Assembly: GCA_964402625.1 (NCBI GenBank)
Contig: CAYODA010000004.1
Coordinates: 1-33,780, forward strand
Length of the DNA: 33,780 nt
Direction of reading: 5' to 3'
Source of the DNA: an uncultured Syntrophomonadaceae bacterium
Lineage (GTDB): Bacteria > Bacillota > Dethiobacteria > DTU022 > PWGO01
Positions 1 to 8,413 of this stretch are shown here, piece after piece. The notes under the pieces were generated by a model that was not told where the DNA came from, did no database searches, and was given only the letters and a program-made list of their open reading frames with translations. The position numbers were made by a program, and so were the translations under genes. Each line of letters opens with the position of its first letter. The first letter of the stretch is position 1.

Positions 1-1
1 T

Positions 2-379
2 ATGCCCATAGCAGTAATAGATAAAAAGAGAATGGCTCCCAACCAGTCTGAAGTCATGAATATTATTGGGGACATTGAAGGGAAAACCGCCATCATGATA
101 GACGATATTATTGATACCGCGGGAACCATTGTACAGGGAGCGGAAGCGCTTATCGAAGAAGGAGCCAAGGAGGCTTATGCCTGTTGTACCCACGGAATTT
201 TTTCCGGACAAGCCATACCCAGGTTGACTCAATCCCGTTTAAAAGAAGTAGTATTGACCAACACTATACCGCTCACTGCAGAAAGCGACAAATTCAAGGT
301 ACTCTCGGTGGCTCCCCTTATAGGTGAAGCCATTATTAGAATTCACCAGGAGCGCTCGGTTAGCGAACTGTTTTCATAG
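2..379 (+). CDS. prs: Ribose-phosphate pyrophosphokinase (PRPP synthetase), C-terminal 125 aa; 5' end lies outside the window
   Basis: ORF is open to the window edge. It has the PRPP-binding loop IMIDDIIDTAGTI. It sits before ctc-pth as in Bacillus and Clostridia. Confidence 0.9.
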   Translation: MPIAVIDKKRMAPNQSEVMNIIGDIEGKTAIMIDDIIDTAGTIVQGAEALIEEGAKEAYACCTHGIFSGQAIPRLTQSRLKEVVLTNTIPLTAESDKFKVLSVAPLIGEAIIRIHQERSVSELFS

Positions 380-409
380 ACAGGCAAGAAAATAATCTAA
401 ACAGGGGAT

Positions 410-438
410 TTGATTTTCCCGGTTACATAAGGTATAAT
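410..438 (+). promoter_or_regulatory. sigmaA-type promoter upstream of ctc
   Basis: TTGATT (410-415), 17-nt spacer, TATAAT (433-438). GGAGGG RBS at 472-477 precedes the ATG at 482. Confidence 0.6.
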
Positions 439-481
439 ATTAAGATTGTAAAGGTGAACTTGACCAACAGGAGGGTTACGC

Positions 482-1156
482 ATGGAACGCATAAACTTAA
501 AGGCAAAAGAACGTTTCCCCGAAGAGTCCACTAAAGGGGAACTTAAAAGCTTAAGGCGGGAAGATCGAATTCCTGCGGTAATTTATGGTAGGGGTAAAGG
601 CTCGGTGCCGGTGGTGCTAAACGGGAAAGAACTCCGCCAGGTTTTGGGTACCGAAGCCGGCTCTAACGTAATTATCGAGCTGGACATAACCAACGGTAAA
701 GAACAGGCCAGTGGTGAATCTGAAACAGTAATGATAAAAGAGATCCAGAGGGATGTCCTGGTTCAGGAAAGGATACTGCATGTGGACATGGTCAGGATTT
801 CCCTGCAGGAGAAGCAGGAAGTAAGTGTGCCGCTTAACCTGGTAGGCGAGCCTGCCGGAGTAAAAGAAGGCGGCGGCCTTATGCAGGTGCAAAAGTGGGA
901 AGTTACAGTAAGCTGTTTACCTGCGGAAATACCGGATCAGCTGGAGATAGATGTTTCCGAATTGCAGATAGGCGAGAGCCTGGAGGCAAAAGACCTGTCT
1001 GTGCCGGAAGGCGTAGAGCTGCTGGAAGAAGAAGAAGAGACGTTGGTAAGCGTGCTGGCTCCGGAGAAAGAAGAACCGGCTGAAGAAGAAGGCGAAGAGG
1101 AAGAAGAAGGAGAAGAGACCGAAGCAGAAGAATCTGGAGAAGAGGAAGAAGCTTAA
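482..1156 (+). CDS. rplY: 50S ribosomal protein L25 / general stress protein Ctc, with a Glu-rich C-terminal tail of about 45 aa
   Basis: N-terminal L25 fold signature (RREDRIPAVIYG) and a two-domain Ctc-type length. Conserved position between prs and pth. The tail is EEEEETL...EEEGEEEEEGEETEAEESGEEEEA. Confidence 0.9.
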   Translation: MERINLKAKERFPEESTKGELKSLRREDRIPAVIYGRGKGSVPVVLNGKELRQVLGTEAGSNVIIELDITNGKEQASGESETVMIKEIQRDVLVQERILHVDMVRISLQEKQEVSVPLNLVGEPAGVKEGGGLMQVQKWEVTVSCLPAEIPDQLEIDVSELQIGESLEAKDLSVPEGVELLEEEEETLVSVLAPEKEEPAEEEGEEEEEGEETEAEESGEEEEA

Positions 1157-1181
1157 GAGGAAGCAGGCGGGGGTTATTCTT

Positions 1182-1754
1182 TTGGCTTTTCTTGTGGCAG
1201 GATTGGGCAACCCGGGCAGGAGGTACCAGGGAACCAGGCACAACGCAGGGTTCCGTGTTATTGAAAAGCTGGCTGGCAAACACGGTGTTACTTCCACCGT
1301 ACAGGGAGAACATTACCTCTACGCGGAAGGAGAAATAGAAGGGCAAAAAGCGGTGCTTATTCAGCCGTTTACTTATATGAATCGCAGTGGAAAAGCTGTA
1401 GCCAGAGCCCTGAAAAAGTTTAATATTGCACAGGAAAATCTTATTGTAGCTTACGACGATATGGACCTGGACCTGGGAGTAGTAAAAATAAAGCCAAAAG
1501 GTAGTAGCGGAGGTCACCGGGGCATAAATTCGATAATACACTCCCTTCAGTCTTCTTATTTTACCCGCGTCAGGGTAGGTATAGGAAAGGCTCCTCCCTG
1601 GATAGACGGTCCTGTTTATGTTTTAGGCAGGCCCGATGGAGAAGAACGGGAGGTTTTGGAGGAGAGTGAAAAAAAGGCTGCTGACGCCATAAGTGAAATT
1701 ATAAAGAGTGGTGTTGATACTGCCATGAACAAGGTGAACCGTTCCCAGGGTTAA
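1182..1754 (+). CDS. pth: Peptidyl-tRNA hydrolase
   Basis: TTG start. N-terminal GLGNPG...YQGTRHNAGF and GHRGINSII motifs are typical of Pth. Synteny ctc-pth. Confidence 0.93.
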   Translation: MAFLVAGLGNPGRRYQGTRHNAGFRVIEKLAGKHGVTSTVQGEHYLYAEGEIEGQKAVLIQPFTYMNRSGKAVARALKKFNIAQENLIVAYDDMDLDLGVVKIKPKGSSGGHRGINSIIHSLQSSYFTRVRVGIGKAPPWIDGPVYVLGRPDGEEREVLEESEKKAADAISEIIKSGVDTAMNKVNRSQG

Positions 1755-1788
1755 GAAAAAAGCAGGTCACTAAATTGTAAATATGTGT

Positions 1789-1817
1789 TTGACTTTATAA
1801 AACACATATGCTAATAT
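1789..1817 (+). promoter_or_regulatory. sigmaA-type promoter driving the T-box leader
   Basis: TTGACT (1789-1794), 17-nt spacer, TAATAT (1812-1817). Confidence 0.6.
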
Positions 1818-1844
1818 ATTTTAAAATCCATATAAAGCTAACAG

Positions 1845-2153
1845 CAAGGAAAGAGGAAAGTAGGGTATGCTTTTTTAACAGAGAAGCGGAATCGCGGCTG
1901 AAAGTTCCGCATAACAAGAGTATATCTGAAGTTCCCTCTGGAGCTGCAGGCTGAAAACCTTCCATTTTTGCTGATTTTCATTTGCAGTATTAGTGGAGGT
2001 CAAGTAGGCCGGGCCGGGGCTTTCCCGTTAAAGGAAGCGGGTATAGATTCACATTGTACCCAGAAACACAAGTGGCCTGTGGTAACTACAGGCAACTAGG
2101 GTGGTACCGCGGAAGTAAAACAACTTCACGTCCCTGAGATGTGAAGTTTTTTT
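1845..2153 (+). promoter_or_regulatory. T-box riboswitch leader (tRNA-sensing transcription attenuator) upstream of aroF-pheA
   Basis: Stem I elements: AGAGG/CCUCU lower helix (1852-1856 / 1935-1939), AGUA (1859-1862), AGAGA (1880-1884), distal GCGGAA..GGCUGAAAG..UUCCGC. Also F-box-like CCGUUA (2025-2030) and stem III GCCUGU/ACAGGC (2075-2093). Invariant T-box core AGGGUGGUACCGCG (2098-2111). Terminator AACUUCAC/GUGAAGUU plus U-run (2122-2153). Confidence 0.85.
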
Positions 2154-2162
2154 ATTTTGGTG

Positions 2163-2201
2163 AAGCCGTTGCTTTCGTCTCTAGAAGCAATGGCTTTTTT
2201 T
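2163..2201 (+). terminator. Second intrinsic terminator-like hairpin between the T-box terminator and the aroF start
   Basis: AAGCCGUUGCUU (2163-2174) pairs with AAGCAAUGGCUU (2185-2196) with one G-U. The loop is 10 nt and a U7 run follows (2195-2201). Confidence 0.6.
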
Positions 2202-2238
2202 ATTTATAAAGCAATTAATATCCAAAGGGGGATTGGAA

Positions 2239-3297
2239 ATGATCGTGGTAATGAAGCTGGATGCTCCGGAAGCGCAGGTGGAGAAAATCAAGGGAAGACT
2301 GGTAGAGATGGGCTTTAAGCCCCACGTTATTCACGGTGTAGAAAAACAGGTTATAGGTGCGGTGGGGAATAAAAGTGTTCCCCTTCCTTCTGAGCTGGAG
2401 ACGCTGGAAGGAGTAGAAAAAGTTATGCCGATATCCGCTCCTTATAAGCTGGTTAGTCGGGAAGTAAAAGACTGTGACAGCCAGGTGCAGGTGGGTGATA
2501 CCACTATAGGCGGCCGGAATCTTACCGTAATGGCCGGTCCCTGTGCCGTAGAGAGCTACGAGCAGGTAGCGGAATCAGCCCGGATATTAAAACAAGCCGG
2601 GGTTAATATTCTCCGCGGAGGTGCTTTCAAGCCCCGGACTTCACCTTACAGCTTTCAGGGGCTGGAAGAAGAAGGGTTAAAAATACTACGCCGGGTAAAG
2701 CAGGAAACAGGGCTAAAGGTAGTAACTGAAGTCCTGAGTCCCTCCGATGTTGACAGGGTAGCCGCTTATGCGGACATACTGCAAATTGGCGCCAGGAACA
2801 TGCAAAACTTCTCCTTGCTTAAAGAAGTAGGCGCAACCGGTTCCCCGGTACTGCTTAAAAGGGGAATGTCTTCTACCATGGAAGAGTGGCTAATGTCGGC
2901 TGAATACATCTTGTCTGAGGGAAACGACCGGGTAATTCTCTGCGAGAGGGGTATACGGACTTTCGAAAACTATACCAGGGCAACCCTGGATATAAGTGCC
3001 GTTCCCCTGGTAAAACAGCTCTCTCACCTTCCCGTAATAGTAGATCCCTCGCACAGCGGGGGTAGCTGGAAGCTGGTGCCTTCACTTTCCCGCGCTGCAA
3101 TTTCCGCCGGGGCCGACGGGCTCATGGTGGAGGTTCATCCTTCACCGGAAGAAGCCCTGTGTGACGGTTCCCAATCTCTTAACCCGGGCAATTTCCTTGC
3201 CCTGTTGAAAGAATTGCAGCCGGTAGCTTCTGCAGTAGGGAAAAAGCTTGATCTAAAAACGGAAAATTTACCGGAGAAGGAGGTATCAGTTTCGTGA
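2239..3297 (+). CDS. aroF: 3-deoxy-7-phosphoheptulonate (DAHP) synthase, type I-beta, with an N-terminal ferredoxin-like regulatory domain
   Basis: Motifs GPCAVES, RGGAFKPRTSPYSFQG and DPSH. The extra first ~70 aa resemble the Thermotoga-type regulated enzymes. ATG 2239 is preferred over TTG 2233 because the AAAGGGGG RBS (2224-2231) lies 7 nt upstream. Confidence 0.9.
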   Translation: MIVVMKLDAPEAQVEKIKGRLVEMGFKPHVIHGVEKQVIGAVGNKSVPLPSELETLEGVEKVMPISAPYKLVSREVKDCDSQVQVGDTTIGGRNLTVMAGPCAVESYEQVAESARILKQAGVNILRGGAFKPRTSPYSFQGLEEEGLKILRRVKQETGLKVVTEVLSPSDVDRVAAYADILQIGARNMQNFSLLKEVGATGSPVLLKRGMSSTMEEWLMSAEYILSEGNDRVILCERGIRTFENYTRATLDISAVPLVKQLSHLPVIVDPSHSGGSWKLVPSLSRAAISAGADGLMVEVHPSPEEALCDGSQSLNPGNFLALLKELQPVASAVGKKLDLKTENLPEKEVSVS

Positions 3298-4136
3298 TGA
3301 CATTTACTTTGGGTTATCTGGGCCCGTCAGGCACGTTTACGGAAGAAGCAGCTTTAAAATATTGCCGTCAGGAATCCGGGGACGGGGTGAATTTAAAGGA
3401 ATATTCTACTATAGACCGGGTTATAGAAGGGATCAGCTCGCAGGAAATAGACAGGGGGTTGGTTCCCCTGGAAAACTCCCTGGAAGGGAGTGTGCGTCTC
3501 ACCATGGATATGCTGGCTTCCTGCGAAGGGGTTTATATTTATAAAGAGATGGTGTGCGCAGTTTCGCACTGCCTGCTGGCTCCTGAAGGGGTGAGGATCG
3601 GTGAAATACAAGAACTTTATTCTCATCCGCAGGTGTTCTCCCAGTGTAGAAGCCATATTATGGAAAACCTGCCTCAAGCAGAGCAAGTGCCGTGTTACAG
3701 CACGGCGGCTGCGGTTAGCCTGGTTGCCGAAAAAAACGGTAAAAACAAGGCGGCCATTGCATCGAACCGGGCGTCGCAGTTATCGGGTTTAAACGTCCTG
3801 GAAACCGGGCTGGAAGATAACGGTGATAACCGGACCCGCTTTGTGGTGCTTTCCCAAAGTGATAATCCTCCTACCGGTGCCGATAAAACCTCGGTAATAC
3901 TGTCCATAAAAGACGGACCGGGAAGCCTTTATAACATTCTCGGCGTTTTTGCCTTGCGCGGTATTAACCTTACCCGGATAGAATCGCGCCCGGCCCGAAA
4001 AAACTTGGGGGACTACCTCTTTTTTATTGATTTCGAAGGTCACCGGGAAGAAAGAAAAATACAGGAAGCGCTGGAAGAACTCCAGGAACAAATAGTATTT
4101 TACAAAATGCTGGGTTCCTATCCCGCTGCACTTTAG
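3294..4136 (+). CDS. pheA: Prephenate dehydratase with C-terminal ACT domain
   Basis: PDT domain followed by an ACT-like GSLYNILGVFALRGINLTRIESRP segment. The start overlaps the aroF stop in GTGATGA (3294-3300), which suggests translational coupling. Confidence 0.9.
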   Translation: MMTFTLGYLGPSGTFTEEAALKYCRQESGDGVNLKEYSTIDRVIEGISSQEIDRGLVPLENSLEGSVRLTMDMLASCEGVYIYKEMVCAVSHCLLAPEGVRIGEIQELYSHPQVFSQCRSHIMENLPQAEQVPCYSTAAAVSLVAEKNGKNKAAIASNRASQLSGLNVLETGLEDNGDNRTRFVVLSQSDNPPTGADKTSVILSIKDGPGSLYNILGVFALRGINLTRIESRPARKNLGDYLFFIDFEGHREERKIQEALEELQEQIVFYKMLGSYPAAL

Positions 4137-4145
4137 TTTAAAAGA

Positions 4146-4215
4146 CCGGGGGTCGGCAACAGGTAACGGCAATTCCTTTATTTCGGGATTATCCCGCCGA
4201 CACCCGGCTTTTTTT
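4146..4215 (+). terminator. Intrinsic terminator after pheA (long-loop hairpin plus T-run)
   Basis: CCGGGGGTCGGC (4146-4157) pairs 11/12 with GCCGACACCCGG (4196-4207). A T7 run follows (4209-4215). Confidence 0.55.
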
Positions 4216-4233
4216 GTACTGTTTTTTGTACTG
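4210..4233 (+). repeat. Perfect 12-nt tandem duplication TTTTTTGTACTG x2
   Basis: Read directly: 4210-4221 and 4222-4233 are identical. The first copy overlaps the pheA terminator T-run. Confidence 0.9.
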
Positions 4234-4357
4234 TGGGGAGAAAAATACAGCGCCTGCTTTTTTAAAGAATTATAGATTTAACTAAAAGAGGGTAAAATAA
4301 TTTATAGCAGTTCGGGTATCCTTTATATGCCCAATACGATGGTGAGGAGTTTTAAAC

Positions 4358-4564
4358 ATGAAAGTTTCTTACTACTGTGATAACTGCCGCAGTTTTATAA
4401 ATCAAACAGAAATTGAGGAAGTTAACCTGTACTCATTTATGAATGGCTCGTTGACGCAGGAAAAATGGAAGGATATAATAAATTACAATGATCAAGACGG
4501 TCTTTTGCTGTATTCTCTTTGTGTCAGCTGTGTTAATAAGATAGGCGCTCCTCCTGAAGAATAA
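4358..4564 (+). CDS. fin: Small CxxC...CxxC protein, probable anti-sigma-F factor Fin (YabK) family
   Basis: 68 aa with YYCDNC near the N-terminus and CVSC near the C-terminus. This size and pattern match B. subtilis Fin. It lies immediately upstream of mfd, as fin/yabK does. GAGGAG RBS upstream. Confidence 0.6.
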   Translation: MKVSYYCDNCRSFINQTEIEEVNLYSFMNGSLTQEKWKDIINYNDQDGLLLYSLCVSCVNKIGAPPEE

Positions 4565-4714
4565 ATAACTGGCAGTTAAATTACCAACAAGTACCTGCTC
4601 ATATTGAAAAAAACAAAATAAGAGAAATATAAAGAATAAACAAAAAAGAATATGTTTCCGGCGTACATACTAAATATTAATGACCGGGTCACGTGATATA
4701 CGTGCCCTCTTGTC

Positions 4715-7700
4715 GTGTACAGCCGAGGGAGGTATTGTATAATTTTGAATCATTTGATTAAGCACCTGGAAAATGACAGGGAGTTTGAAAAGTTAACCCT
4801 GGAGATAAATGAAAGGAAATACTCACAGAGCCTGGTTTCCGGCCTGGAAGGAGCCGCCAAAGACTTTTTTCTGGCCGGGGTGCATGAGCATACCGGATTT
4901 AAAAACATACTGGTTGTAACTCCGGGTACGGAAAGCGCGGAACGCTCTTACCGTAATCTATTATCATTTTTGCCGGAAGAGAGACTGTGCTTGTTGCAAC
5001 CAAGGGATATGATCCTGGCAGAAGAGTTGATTGCACAAAGCAGGGAAATCAGGGAGCAGCGCTTCCGAACCCTGGAAAAGCTGTATGGAGGTAAGAAAGT
5101 TGTACTGGTTGCACCGGTGTCTGCGCTAATGCAAAAGATGATGCCCGCCAGGGATTGGAACAAGCTGGTCATTAATCTCCGGACGGGTCAAACTTATCAC
5201 CGTGATGATTTAATTAAAAACGTGGTAGCTGTAGGATATGAAAGGAGTTCACTGATTGAAAACAGGGGACAGTTAAGCGTCAGGGGAGCCCTGGTGGATA
5301 TTTTTCCGGTAGGCCGGGCGCACCCTTTAAGGATTGAGTTTTTTGACGACCAGGTGGAATCCATAAGGGTTTTTGATCACGAATCCCAGCGCTCTCTTAC
5401 TTCCCTGGAGAGCGTGGATATACTGCCGGCTGCGGAAGTGGTAATGGACAGGGATGTTCATGACAGGGGTTTGAAAAAAATCAAGGAAACTCTGGTGGAA
5501 ACTAAAGGAAAGCTGGAAAAAAGAAACCTGCATGATACTGCACGCAAGCTGGAAAACAAGGTAAATAAACACTTGCAGTCCCTGCATCACCGGGTTTTGA
5601 ACGAAGGTCTTTTCGGTTACTTTTCCTACTTTTACGGTAGGGGATCCTCCTGGCTGGATTACCTGGAAGATAATTCCCTGGTTGTCATGGATGATGCACC
5701 CCGGGTTAAAGAAAACTCGGAGTTTTACAGTAAGAGCTGGAAGGAATTTCAAACCAACCTCCTGCTGCAGGGTGAAGCCTTGATTGGTGAAGCGGATCTT
5801 TACTGGGAGCTGGATGAACTCATCCCGCCGGCCGGGTTTTCTTGCGTGTATTTTAATTTATTCCCTTCCCGGGAGCAGGAAGCCCGGATGGAAACCTCGT
5901 ATCGTTTTACCAGCCGGGAAACCACTTCTTATTACGGGCAGTGGGACCTCCTGGCTGAAGAGATAAAGGATTTTATAGAAAAAAATTACCGGGTTTTACT
6001 TTTGGTTTCCAACGCCGAAAGAGCTCACCTGCTGGAAGAAGAGTTAAGGGAAAGGGGAGTAGAAGTAGTGGTCGATGCTGGGGAAGAAGGAGCATCAGCT
6101 GCCTTCACCGGCATCCCGCCAGTCGTAATCAAAGGGGAGCTGACGCAGGGTTTTGAACTTCCCGGCGCAGGAATGGTGATAATTACGGAAAAAGACATTC
6201 TGCCTCCCCGAAAAGTAAAAAAGACCATCCGGAAACAAAAATCCGATGACGGTATGAAAATAAAGCATTTCAGTGACTTGAAAGAAGGAGATTTCGTGGT
6301 GCACCAGCAGCACGGAATTGGAGAATACCTGGGAATAAAGACGTTGGAAGTTAACGGGAACAAAAAAGATTACTTGGATGTGCGCTACGCCGGAGGGGAT
6401 AAGCTGTACATCCCGGTAGAACAAATTGACCTGATTCAAAAATATATCGGCGTTGAAGGAAAACGTCCCCGGATACACCGCCTGGGAAGCGGTGAGTGGC
6501 AGCGCACCAGGCGCAAGGTGGAAAAATCAGTAGAGGAGCTGGCCCAGGAGCTTCTTTCCCTTTACCAGGCCCGCAAAAACATGCCCGGCTACGCTTTTTC
6601 CAGCGATCACCCATGGCAGTCGGAGTTTGAGGCCATGTTCCCTTACGAAGAAACCCCCGATCAGCTCAAGGCCATAGAGGACGTCAAGCGTGACCTGGAA
6701 AAAAGCTATCCCATGGATCGGTTGATATGCGGTGATGTGGGTTACGGAAAGACAGAGGTAGCCATGCGGGCAGCCTTTAAAGTAGTTATGGAGGGGAAAC
6801 AGGTAGCGCTGCTGGTTCCCACTACCATACTGGCCCACCAGCATTACCGTAATTTCCAGGAGCGCTTTGCCTCATTTCCTGTAAACATAGGGCTTTTGAG
6901 CCGGTTTTTAAGCAGGAAAGAACAAAATCAGGCAATAAAAGGACTGAAAAAAGGCACTGTGGATATAGTTATAGGTACGCACAGGCTGCTTTCACAGGAT
7001 GTAGGATTTAGCGACCTGGGGCTATTGGTAATTGACGAGGAACACCGTTTCGGGGTCAGGCACAAGGAAAAACTTAAACAAATGAGGCTGGACGTGGATG
7101 TCCTTACCATGACCGCCACCCCCATCCCGCGCACCTTGCACATGTCACTGGCCGGTACCCGCGACCTGAGTATTATAGAGACACCACCCGAGAACCGCTA
7201 TCCCGTGCAGACTTATGTGGCGGAATACAGCGATCAGTTGATAAAAGACGCCGTATCCAGGGAGATCAGCCGGGGTGGGCAGGTTTATTTTGTGTATAAC
7301 CGGGTAAAGGATATAGAAAAGTGGGGCCAAAAGGTAAAAGAGCTGGCGCCGGAAGCCAGGGTAGCCGTGGCCCACGGGCAGATGGCCGAGGCTTCCCTGG
7401 AGAGACTAATGACCGGTTTCCTGGACCAGGAATATGACGTCCTGGTAAGCACTACCATTATTGAGGCGGGACTGGATATATCCAACGTAAATACCATAGT
7501 AATTGTTAACGCCGATAGATTCGGGTTGGCGCAGCTGTACCAGCTCAGGGGCAGGGTCGGGAGAACCGACCGCTATGCTTACGCGTACCTCACTTATATG
7601 CCCGAGAAAATACTCCGGGAAGACGCGGAAAAAAGGCTGCAGGCAATAAAAGAGTTTGCCGAACTGGGTTCCGGTTTTAAAATAGCACTTAGGGACCTGG

Positions 7701-8299
7701 AAATAAGGGGAGCTGGCAATATCCTGGGAGCACAGCAGCACGGTTTTATTGTGTCGGTGGGCTTTGACCTGTACTGCAAGATGCTGGAGGAAGCCGTGCA
7801 AAAAGTAAAGGGTGAGGAAGAAAAAGAAACCCGCGAAGTAGACCCGCACCTGGATTTGAGTGTAAGCGCATTTATCCCTTCCAACTATATTCACGAACAG
7901 GGGCAAAAGATAAATATCTATCAGCGGGTAAGGGAAACCGAAGAAGTTGCGGAAGTGCAGGAGCTGGAAAAGGAGCTAAGAGATCGCTTTGGACCCCTGC
8001 CTGAAGAGGTGGAAAATCTGATGAAGCTGGCCCGTGTAAGAGTTTTGGCCCGTAATTTGCGAGTAAACAGCATACAGCAGGGTAACGGGAAAATAGATAT
8101 TCTTTTTCGGCAGGACCATTTCCTGAAGGGAGGGGAACTTCAGCAGCTTGGCGCCGGCTTTGCCGGCAAAATCAAATGTTCTTCCGGCAGCAGTTTGAAT
8201 ATTAAAATAAAAATACAAGAAGCAAGGGAAGTTATAAGTGAGGTGGAAACCGTCCTCCTGTTTTTATACGAGCTTGCAGGAAAACGTAGTTCGACATGA
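4715..8299 (+). CDS. mfd: Transcription-repair coupling factor Mfd
   Basis: CarD/TRCF RNAP-interaction region (FVVHQQHGIGEY) and helicase motifs GDVGYGKTEVA and DEEHRFG. Length is about 1190 aa. The start is uncertain: GTG 4715 is the longest ORF. The GAGGGAGG RBS at 4724-4731 instead favours TTG 4745, or a non-canonical ATA at 4739. Confidence 0.95.
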   Translation: MYSRGRYCIILNHLIKHLENDREFEKLTLEINERKYSQSLVSGLEGAAKDFFLAGVHEHTGFKNILVVTPGTESAERSYRNLLSFLPEERLCLLQPRDMILAEELIAQSREIREQRFRTLEKLYGGKKVVLVAPVSALMQKMMPARDWNKLVINLRTGQTYHRDDLIKNVVAVGYERSSLIENRGQLSVRGALVDIFPVGRAHPLRIEFFDDQVESIRVFDHESQRSLTSLESVDILPAAEVVMDRDVHDRGLKKIKETLVETKGKLEKRNLHDTARKLENKVNKHLQSLHHRVLNEGLFGYFSYFYGRGSSWLDYLEDNSLVVMDDAPRVKENSEFYSKSWKEFQTNLLLQGEALIGEADLYWELDELIPPAGFSCVYFNLFPSREQEARMETSYRFTSRETTSYYGQWDLLAEEIKDFIEKNYRVLLLVSNAERAHLLEEELRERGVEVVVDAGEEGASAAFTGIPPVVIKGELTQGFELPGAGMVIITEKDILPPRKVKKTIRKQKSDDGMKIKHFSDLKEGDFVVHQQHGIGEYLGIKTLEVNGNKKDYLDVRYAGGDKLYIPVEQIDLIQKYIGVEGKRPRIHRLGSGEWQRTRRKVEKSVEELAQELLSLYQARKNMPGYAFSSDHPWQSEFEAMFPYEETPDQLKAIEDVKRDLEKSYPMDRLICGDVGYGKTEVAMRAAFKVVMEGKQVALLVPTTILAHQHYRNFQERFASFPVNIGLLSRFLSRKEQNQAIKGLKKGTVDIVIGTHRLLSQDVGFSDLGLLVIDEEHRFGVRHKEKLKQMRLDVDVLTMTATPIPRTLHMSLAGTRDLSIIETPPENRYPVQTYVAEYSDQLIKDAVSREISRGGQVYFVYNRVKDIEKWGQKVKELAPEARVAVAHGQMAEASLERLMTGFLDQEYDVLVSTTIIEAGLDISNVNTIVIVNADRFGLAQLYQLRGRVGRTDRYAYAYLTYMPEKILREDAEKRLQAIKEFAELGSGFKIALRDLEIRGAGNILGAQQHGFIVSVGFDLYCKMLEEAVQKVKGEEEKETREVDPHLDLSVSAFIPSNYIHEQGQKINIYQRVRETEEVAEVQELEKELRDRFGPLPEEVENLMKLARVRVLARNLRVNSIQQGNGKIDILFRQDHFLKGGELQQLGAGFAGKIKCSSGSSLNIKIKIQEAREVISEVETVLLFLYELAGKRSST

Positions 8300-8413
8300 A
8301 GCCTGTCCTGGCAACAGGTAAGTGGAATGATGAATAAAAGACACCTGCCCGATAAATAATAAGAAAAAAGGCGGCAAAGTTAACTGTTAGAAGAAAAAGG
8401 AGGATGGTTGAGA

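Noticed and set aside
903-1541. 212-aa and 126-aa minus-strand ORFs spanning the ctc/pth junction
   Set aside because: They are antisense to two well-supported genes. Part of the translation is the Leu/Ser/Phe-rich mirror image of the poly-Glu tail of L25.
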